From IMG/VR virus record IMGVR_UViG_3300035703_000006, positions 1 through 64,000 of that record: 64,000 nucleotides of DNA, one strand, 5' to 3'. The notes beneath the pieces were generated by a model, which saw only the letters and a program-made list of their open reading frames with translations, had not been told where the DNA came from and made no database searches. The position numbers and the translations under genes are program-made. The first letter of the stretch is position 1; each line of letters opens with the position of its first letter. Of the stretch, positions 8,018 to 13,150 are shown piece after piece.

Positions 8018-8089
8018 GTCCAATGATACCCTGTGCCACTTGTACTGGTGGCACACTAAATGAGCACGGGGTTAAAAATGTGGTATTAT
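8015..8089 (+). promoter_or_regulatory. Early promoter cassette 8
   Basis: TGAGTC 8015-8020; TGTGCCA 8032-8038; TGGCACA 8049-8055; TGGTATTAT 8081-8089. Confidence 0.8.
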
Positions 8090-8148
8090 TAAAGGGTGGA
8101 GGGAGCAGGGGTGCCTGTCCCACCCACGAGACCCATTGTTTATTCTTT

Positions 8149-8727
8149 ATGACTTCTTTCACGATTGTTAAAAAAGGTGAAGAAATCAAGTTTGATTCTC
8201 AATTCACTGATGTGAATGAAGTGCGTAACTATCTGCGTGAGCAGATGTCTTACAACAACTTCGCAATGGATCTTGTTGAGAAGAAGAAAGTGTCTGCAAC
8301 TCAAATTGCTTGGATGCATTATCTTGCAACTCAAAGTGTAATTGATTCTCAAACTCCTGTTGAGTTTGGTCCTTACAAGCAACTTGTCAACAAGATGTAT
8401 GATGCAGGTGCATATCGAGCAACTAAGTTTCAAGTGCGACTGCCTGGAATTACTCTGAGCACTGTAACTAAAGGTGTCAATGTTGGTTGTGTTTATGTTT
8501 ATGAAAACAACCAATATGTTGGTAAAATTACTGCTACTGGTGATCTGATTGGTAACGTGAGTGAGGATGTTATCAATCTTCTGGAAGATGCCAATGATAA
8601 TCTCCTGCAACTGGCAAAGATTTATGGTCACGAGACTGGTACTTGTTCAATCTGTGCTCGCACACTGAATGATCCTCTCTCTGTTCAGATGGGAATTGGT
8701 CCTGTTTGTGCCAAACGACTCGGTTGA
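8149..8727 (+). CDS. DUF6011-like Cys/Zn-motif protein
   Basis: C-terminal GTCSICARTLNDPLSVQMGIGPVCAKRL; ATG 8149 lies downstream of cassette 8 (the track start at 8023 lies inside the promoter). Confidence 0.7.
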   Translation: MTSFTIVKKGEEIKFDSQFTDVNEVRNYLREQMSYNNFAMDLVEKKKVSATQIAWMHYLATQSVIDSQTPVEFGPYKQLVNKMYDAGAYRATKFQVRLPGITLSTVTKGVNVGCVYVYENNQYVGKITATGDLIGNVSEDVINLLEDANDNLLQLAKIYGHETGTCSICARTLNDPLSVQMGIGPVCAKRLG

Positions 8728-8756
8728 GTTCTTTATTCACTTTATTCCTCAAAACA

Positions 8757-9005
8757 ATGTTTGACCTTCTTAATTTTCAACCTCATTCAATTCCTGAATG
8801 TATTCAAGCACGATATAAGTTTGAGAATGATTGGGAGATTTCTGTTGTTGCGGGTCCACCGAATTGTGGATTATATGGTAATCTGAATGAGAATACTTAT
8901 GAAGTTGCTATTTTCCGACCGAATGGTAATATGACCGAAGATGTCAATGGTTGGAATACAAAACAAGAAGTCTCTGCGATGATGTGGGTGCTGTCTCAAC
9001 TCTAG
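8757..9005 (+). CDS. Hypothetical protein
   Basis: ATG 8757; ISVV...GLYG...YEVAI. Confidence 0.7.
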   Translation: MFDLLNFQPHSIPECIQARYKFENDWEISVVAGPPNCGLYGNLNENTYEVAIFRPNGNMTEDVNGWNTKQEVSAMMWVLSQL

Positions 9006-9054
9006 ACTCGCATACCCATCAGGGATGCTGATAGGTAGAACAATCGTAGACCCC

Positions 9055-9083
9055 TTGACAAACCCCCCGATCCGTGCTATGAT
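9055..9083 (+). promoter_or_regulatory. Canonical sigma70-type promoter
   Basis: TTGACA 9055-9060, 17-nt spacer, TG-C-TATGAT 9075-9083. Confidence 0.8.
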
Positions 9084-9105
9084 GAACGAAGTTCAGAGTC
9101 AAGAG

Positions 9106-9279
9106 ATGACCACTGCTCAACGGATGGAAAAGCAATTCTTTATTTCTTTCATCCGACTTGTTGATGAGGTTCAAGGTAAGCAAAAACTTCCTTCACAGAT
9201 TCAATCGAATCGTAAGTCTGTTTGGGTGAAGCAAACACAAAATCCTAAGCAAAAGAAAGATGCTCTTGCCCGAATCTAA
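9106..9279 (+). CDS. Hypothetical basic protein (57 aa)
   Basis: ATG 9106 after the promoter. Confidence 0.7.
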   Translation: MTTAQRMEKQFFISFIRLVDEVQGKQKLPSQIQSNRKSVWVKQTQNPKQKKDALARI

Positions 9280-9316
9280 ATCTTTCTTTCATCTGTCCCA
9301 CACAAACAAACAAGAA

Positions 9317-9481
9317 ATGCTGATCAAAACTGTTTTCGACGTTCAGACCAAACAACCTGGTTATGCTGTGTGTGATCCTCACACTGAACGTTGTGGTTTT
9401 GTGACTTACAACATTCTCAATGCAATTAAAGCAGGACAATGTAAGTCTTTCACTGAAGTCCAACAACTCATCAATGCCTGA
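9317..9481 (+). CDS. Hypothetical protein
   Basis: ATG 9317, in operon. Confidence 0.65.
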   Translation: MLIKTVFDVQTKQPGYAVCDPHTERCGFVTYNILNAIKAGQCKSFTEVQQLINA

Positions 9482-9632
9482 AATGTTTGAAGTTACTTAT
9501 CAAGTTCCTTACAACAATCAAGAGTGGAGAAGTCAATACTTCAATACTCGCAAAGAAGCACAATCAATGGTAGAGTTCTATCAATCTTGTGGTTCACCTG
9601 CTAAACTCATTGAACGTCAAGTCAGCAACTAA
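9474..9632 (+). CDS. Hypothetical protein
   Basis: ATG 9474; YQVPYNNQEWRSQYF...MVEFYQSCGSPA. Confidence 0.7.
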   Translation: MPEMFEVTYQVPYNNQEWRSQYFNTRKEAQSMVEFYQSCGSPAKLIERQVSN

Positions 9633-9737
9633 ATGAAACGCAAAGAAAAGATTCAACTACTCTCCAAAGCACAAATCGGCAATGATCTTCTACTCATTGC
9701 TCAAGCAATTCTCAATTCTCAAAAGGACAAGAAATGA
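9633..9737 (+). CDS. Small hypothetical protein (34 aa)
   Basis: Hand-translated; fills the gap exactly, with an ATGA overlap to the next ORF. Confidence 0.5.
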   Translation: MKRKEKIQLLSKAQIGNDLLLIAQAILNSQKDKK

Positions 9738-9928
9738 TTCTCATTCGCAAAGAAAATCACGGGTGCATTTATACGATTGATCCAGAATCCAATGAACTTT
9801 ATTATGCTCCTGTCTATCAAGATAACACTGTAAATCTTTCTGAGTTTGCACCAGTTGATCTTGATGATTATGATGATGTAAGTGAAATTGAATCTATTCA
9901 ACAACAACTTATTCAAGCAATCAAATGA
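9734..9928 (+). CDS. Hypothetical protein
   Basis: Coupled ORF. Confidence 0.7.
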   Translation: MILIRKENHGCIYTIDPESNELYYAPVYQDNTVNLSEFAPVDLDDYDDVSEIESIQQQLIQAIK

Positions 9929-10221
9929 AACAATCAGTTAAAGATGTTATTAATCAACTTGAAAAACTGAATCCAAACGAAACAATTTTTTCACTCATTT
10001 ATACAAAGAATGATGTGAAAGAACTAGAGCATTATGATCCAATTACAGGACAAATTGTTTATCCTTATAATGATGAACTCGCAGAACAGGTTTTGTCTAA
10101 TCTAGATTGTTATGATGTAATCTATGAAACGATTTACAAGTGTATGAATGATGAAGTTTCTTATCAAGTCGATCAATTAGCAAAGAAAGAAAACATTACT
10201 ATTGAACCTGCTTCTTACTAA
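9925..10221 (+). CDS. Hypothetical protein
   Basis: ATGA overlap. Confidence 0.7.
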   Translation: MKQSVKDVINQLEKLNPNETIFSLIYTKNDVKELEHYDPITGQIVYPYNDELAEQVLSNLDCYDVIYETIYKCMNDEVSYQVDQLAKKENITIEPASY

Positions 10222-10225
10222 TACA

Positions 10226-10387
10226 ATGCAAGAAACATTTGTAAGGTTAAGTGAAGATCAAATCAATTTGATTCTATTCACCTTAGAACAACAAGAGAGT
10301 GATTTCAATTCTGTTGAACAATCTCTATGTGAAGCAATCATTGATACTTTCACCACTGCTTTAGTAGAGTTAAACACTCAAGCATAA
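10226..10387 (+). CDS. Hypothetical protein (53 aa), paralog of 5268..5420
   Basis: LILFTLEQQESDFNSVE; last gene of the early block. Confidence 0.65.
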   Translation: MQETFVRLSEDQINLILFTLEQQESDFNSVEQSLCEAIIDTFTTALVELNTQA

Positions 10388-10390
10388 GAG

Positions 10391-10500
10391 ATTATTATCA
10401 TTTATAACAAAATAACGTTATAATTGATAATTCAATTAAATGTATTAAAAAACATAGTTTAGTGAATTGTGTTGATATGATGATAGTGTTATAAAACCTT
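10391..10500. other. Very AT-rich non-coding tract (candidate DNA-unwinding element)
   Basis: Counted 20 G/C in 110 nt, and 7 in the first 60 nt; contains TTATAAC-N8-GTTATAA. Confidence 0.5.
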
Positions 10501-10557
10501 CTTTTTATTGTCTTATATTCTCTCTAAACCCCTCTGGTTCTTGTTGTCTTGGCCTGC

Positions 10558-10617
10558 ATTATACCATAAGACCTAAAAAAAGTCAAGCACCTTACAGACT
10601 CTTCTAGGGGTGGCACA
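10558..10617 (-). promoter_or_regulatory. Leftward sigma70-type promoter carrying a TGTGCCA half-site
   Basis: Minus strand: TGTGCCA (10617-10611) ... TTGACT (10586-10581), 17 nt, TG-G-TATAAT (10563-10558); half-site 54 nt upstream of the -10, as in the cassettes. Confidence 0.75.
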
Positions 10618-10624
10618 AGGAGTT

Positions 10625-10654
10625 ATTGACAAAAACCTGTCAATACTTTATAAG
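10625..10654 (+). promoter_or_regulatory. Putative rightward sigma70-type promoter inside a palindrome
   Basis: ATTGACA-N6-TGTCAAT 10625-10644; TATAAG at 10649-10654, 17 nt after TTGACA. Confidence 0.5.
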
Positions 10655-10660
10655 AATGAA

Positions 10661-10697
10661 ACTCCTAAGACTCACACATCTTATGAGTCTTAGGAGT
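10661..10697. repeat. Perfect 14-bp inverted repeat
   Basis: ACTCCTAAGACTCA-N9-TGAGTCTTAGGAGT. Confidence 0.85.
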
Positions 10698-10884
10698 ATT
10701 TTGCTAGTTATTCCTGAGACTCACGATACTCAAACCACTTCAAAAACTGGCACATCGTATCATGAGTCTCACAGATTCGGGTGTAGACTTATAGGGTGGG
10801 TGGCAGAGGGAAGATCATCAAATACTGATAACTGATAAGAATTACCCAGAATCCAGTGATTGCAATACTTTTTCGGGGCATTAT

Positions 10885-10934
10885 AGTTTTGTCCCAAAAC
10901 CCCCTATAAATAACCCTAGTTTTGGGACAAAACT
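10885..10934 (+). promoter_or_regulatory. T4-type late promoter flanked by a 16-bp inverted repeat of self-palindromic arms
   Basis: AGTTTTGTCCCAAAAC (10885-10900) ... TATAAATA (10905-10912) ... GTTTTGGGACAAAACT (10919-10934); ATG at 10936. Confidence 0.75.
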
Positions 10935-10935
10935 T

Positions 10936-11100
10936 ATGAGACCTCAAAAGTATAAGAATTTAGGTGAAACTGAAAGAATGCGTGTACCCTTATGCAAGCA
11001 AATTACAAGTTTGTGTGATGCATTAGATAAAAAAGCAGAAGATGGTTATGATGTCGTTGCTTTATTAGATTCGTTCATTGAGAGCATACACAATATGTGA
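10936..11100 (+). CDS. Small ribbon-helix-helix-like DNA-binding protein, paralog B (54 aa)
   Basis: Hand-translated MRPQKYKNLGETERMRVPLCKQITSLCDALDKKAEDGYDVVAYLDSFIESIHNM; shares K[FY]xxxGETxxxRVPxC..LD with 2423..2587. Confidence 0.6.
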   Translation: MRPQKYKNLGETERMRVPLCKQITSLCDALDKKAEDGYDVVALLDSFIESIHNM

Positions 11101-11505
11101 ATCATTCGTTATTACTTATCAGTTCGTCTTATCATTCGTTATATCCTCGCAGTTCGTGCATACTTATCTCTTCGTCTTATGATTCGTTGTCTATACTTAA
11201 CATCATTATGAGTTCATTACACAACCCCCCATAATGTTTGCTATTTGAATCAACCAGTGCTATACTATTCATGATACTCAGTTTCTGACATAAACTGGTG
11301 TCGTCCTCTGAGTATCATTAATACCCTATGAGTTCGTTACACGACCCCCCATAAGGTTTGTTATTCTTATTGACCAGAACTATATTATTCGTGTCTCTCA
11401 GTTCGTGTTATAAACTGATGCCCTCCCTTCGTTATATCTAACCCCCCATATGGTTTCGTATTAGAATAAGGCAGTAATGAATATAAACTATTCGTGATTG
11501 TTCGT
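11070..11505 (+). repeat. Strand-biased TTCGT short-repeat (iteron-like) array
   Basis: 14 TTCGT copies counted on the + strand; the six at 11105-11187 are spaced 18,12,18,18,12 nt; no ACGAA seen in the interval. Confidence 0.75.
11207..11460 (+). repeat. Degenerate 120-bp tandem repeat (2 copies plus a partial third)
   Basis: TATGAGTTC.TTACAC.ACCCCCCATAA.GTTTG at 11207 and 11327; third ACCCCCCATA at 11441. Confidence 0.75.
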
Positions 11506-11736
11506 TTATTATAATTAAACAGCACTGTTTGACACTTATATTTTGTGTTGTTGTATTCTTATATCTAACCGATGCCCCCTATATAAAAACGCATCACTAC
11601 CCTAACCTACAACGGACCGAAAACGACCTTCAAATTGTCTTTCAAATAAAAAAATTTTACCCAATTTTTTTTTTCTTCCAAGGTTCACGCACAAAAAATA
11701 AAAAATGATATATAAGTTTAGAATTCAATAAAAAAG

Positions 11737-11895
11737 ATGACAATAAGATTAGAAATTGATGATTATGAAAAGGATCTTTTAATTGATACGATTCAACATA
11801 GATTGGATACGGACAAAATCCTAGTAATCAATAATAGTTTAAAAGAAGAACTCGAAGATCTTTTAAGGAAAGTGGAAGAAGATGAATACGTATAA
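11737..11895 (+). CDS. Hypothetical protein (52 aa)
   Basis: Hand-translated MTIRLEIDDYEKDLLIDTIQHRLD... Confidence 0.6.
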   Translation: MTIRLEIDDYEKDLLIDTIQHRLDTDKILVINNSLKEELEDLLRKVEEDEYV

Positions 11896-12052
11896 TATTT
11901 CAGTCAATGGAAATGAAATATTGAGTCAAGTGCCGCAGAATGATTTACAGGAAAATCTGAAAGTTATCAGAGGACTTGTATGGACATCTGGGGGAAATGA
12001 TGAGGACATTATAGTGTCTCTAAATAAAAACGAAGGCCATTGCAATGAATGA
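11882..12052 (+). CDS. Hypothetical protein (56 aa)
   Basis: Hand-translated MNTYNISVNGNEILSQVP...GLVWTSGG. Confidence 0.55.
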   Translation: MNTYNISVNGNEILSQVPQNDLQENLKVIRGLVWTSGGNDEDIIVSLNKNEGHCNE

Positions 12053-12068
12053 TTTGTAGTGGTAGAAT
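12040..12068 (+). promoter_or_regulatory. Putative sigma70-type promoter
   Basis: TTGCAA 12040-12045, 17 nt, TG-G-TAGAAT 12060-12068. Confidence 0.55.
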
Positions 12069-12101
12069 ACTAGAATAAATTATTTTTTACAATTACTTTT
12101 T

Positions 12102-12851
12102 ATGGCTAAAGGATTTACGGTAAAAGCAAAACTTCCTACAGGTCCTGTGGAAGGAGAATTTAATTTAGAAGCAGCAAAAGAAATGATGAGAGGCAAGTCA
12201 GTTGTCTTTTGTCTACCTGGAAGAGGAGTTTCGTATCTTTATTTGAAGAATTTTGTTCAATTGTGTTTTGATCTTGTTCAAAATGGAGCAAGTATCCAGA
12301 TTTCACAAGATTATAGTTCAATGGTGAACTTTGCCCGATGTAAGTGTCTTGGGGCAAATGTTCTCAGAGGACCTAAGCAAATTCCTTGGGATGGAAAACT
12401 ACAATATGATTATCAACTTTGGATTGATAGTGATATTGTTTTTGACACTGAGAAGTTCTATCGTCTTGTAGCAATGGATAAAGATATTGCTGCTGGTTGG
12501 TATTGTACTGAAGATGGACACACAACATCTGTTGCACATTGGTTGCAGGAAGATGATTTCCGTAATAATGGTGGAGTAATGAATCACGAAACCTTAGAGA
12601 CGATGAGCAAGCGTCGCAAACCATTCACAGTTGATTACACAGGTTTCGGATGGGTTCTGATTAAGAAAGGAGTCTTTGAAAATCTTGAATATCCTTGGTT
12701 TGCTCCGAAGATGCAGGTGTTTGAATCTGGTGAGGTTCAAGATATGTGTGGCGAAGATGTCTCATTCTGTCTAGATGCAAAAGAAGCAGGATTTGAAATC
12801 TGGTGTGATCCTCAGATTCGTGTGGGTCATGAGAAAACAAGAATTATTTGA
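12102..12851 (+). CDS. Glycosyltransferase-like (GT-A fold) conserved cyanomyovirus protein
   Basis: LWIDSDIVF (DxD), GFGWVLIKKGVFE, GEDVSFC, VRVGHEK pattern. Confidence 0.75.
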   Translation: MAKGFTVKAKLPTGPVEGEFNLEAAKEMMRGKSVVFCLPGRGVSYLYLKNFVQLCFDLVQNGASIQISQDYSSMVNFARCKCLGANVLRGPKQIPWDGKLQYDYQLWIDSDIVFDTEKFYRLVAMDKDIAAGWYCTEDGHTTSVAHWLQEDDFRNNGGVMNHETLETMSKRRKPFTVDYTGFGWVLIKKGVFENLEYPWFAPKMQVFESGEVQDMCGEDVSFCLDAKEAGFEIWCDPQIRVGHEKTRII

Positions 12852-12860
12852 TCTTCTTTC

Positions 12861-12889
12861 TTGACCTTTAAGGACGTTTAAAGTAGAAT
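12861..12889 (+). promoter_or_regulatory. Putative sigma70-type promoter
   Basis: TTGACC 12861-12866, 17 nt, TAGAAT 12884-12889. Confidence 0.55.
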
Positions 12890-12929
12890 GCACCTATGAG
12901 ATTTGGTAAATCTTATGAGTGCATTTTTT
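12887..12929 (+). terminator. Long hairpin with T-run (probable intrinsic terminator)
   Basis: AATGCAC-CT-ATGAGATTT-GGT-AAATCTTAT-GA-GTGCATT followed by Ts. Confidence 0.6.
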
Positions 12930-13003
12930 ATAAGCTAGAAGTTCTTATGAAAAATCCGTTTTGAAAAAAACCTTTGTAAACCGTACTAAGAGATTTAAAA
13001 ATT

Positions 13004-13150
13004 ATGGCAAAAGCAGCAGCTGGAAAATCAGTATCTTACAATCCAGGTCCTCCGAAGAAAACTCGTCAGGGTGATGGAGATGGGACAAAGTACGCAGCAT
13101 CTTCTCGTAATGGAGCACGTAAGAAGTATCGTGGGCAAGGTAAAGGATGA
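13004..13150 (+). CDS. Small basic hypothetical protein (48 aa)
   Basis: Hand-translated MAKAAAGKSVSYNPGPPKKTRQGDG...RKKYRGQGKG. Confidence 0.75.
   Translation: MAKAAAGKSVSYNPGPPKKTRQGDGDGTKYAASSRNGARKKYRGQGKG

Noticed and set aside
119-8089. Cassette palindromes as IS/MITE ends or att sites
   Set aside because: No transposase or integrase, no target-site duplications; the fixed spacing to -10 boxes fits promoters better
8023-8148. Track-extended N-termini (also 6140, 2648, 3552, 9025)
   Set aside because: These upstream starts lie inside or before the promoter elements; downstream ATGs were used instead
232-9916. Numerous minus-strand ORFs over early genes (e.g. 1859..2341, 4821..5378, 6952..7629, 8140..8631)
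   Set aside because: Antisense to well-coupled + strand operons, with no recognisable motifs
10626-10835. 69-aa + strand ORF in the hub
   Set aside because: Starts on the TTG of a -35 box, crosses a perfect hairpin, has no RBS and no protein-like features
11100-11510. CRISPR or mini-CRISPR array
   Set aside because: Repeats are 5-13 nt or 120 nt and degenerate, without constant 25-45 nt repeats and unique spacers; no cas gene in the window
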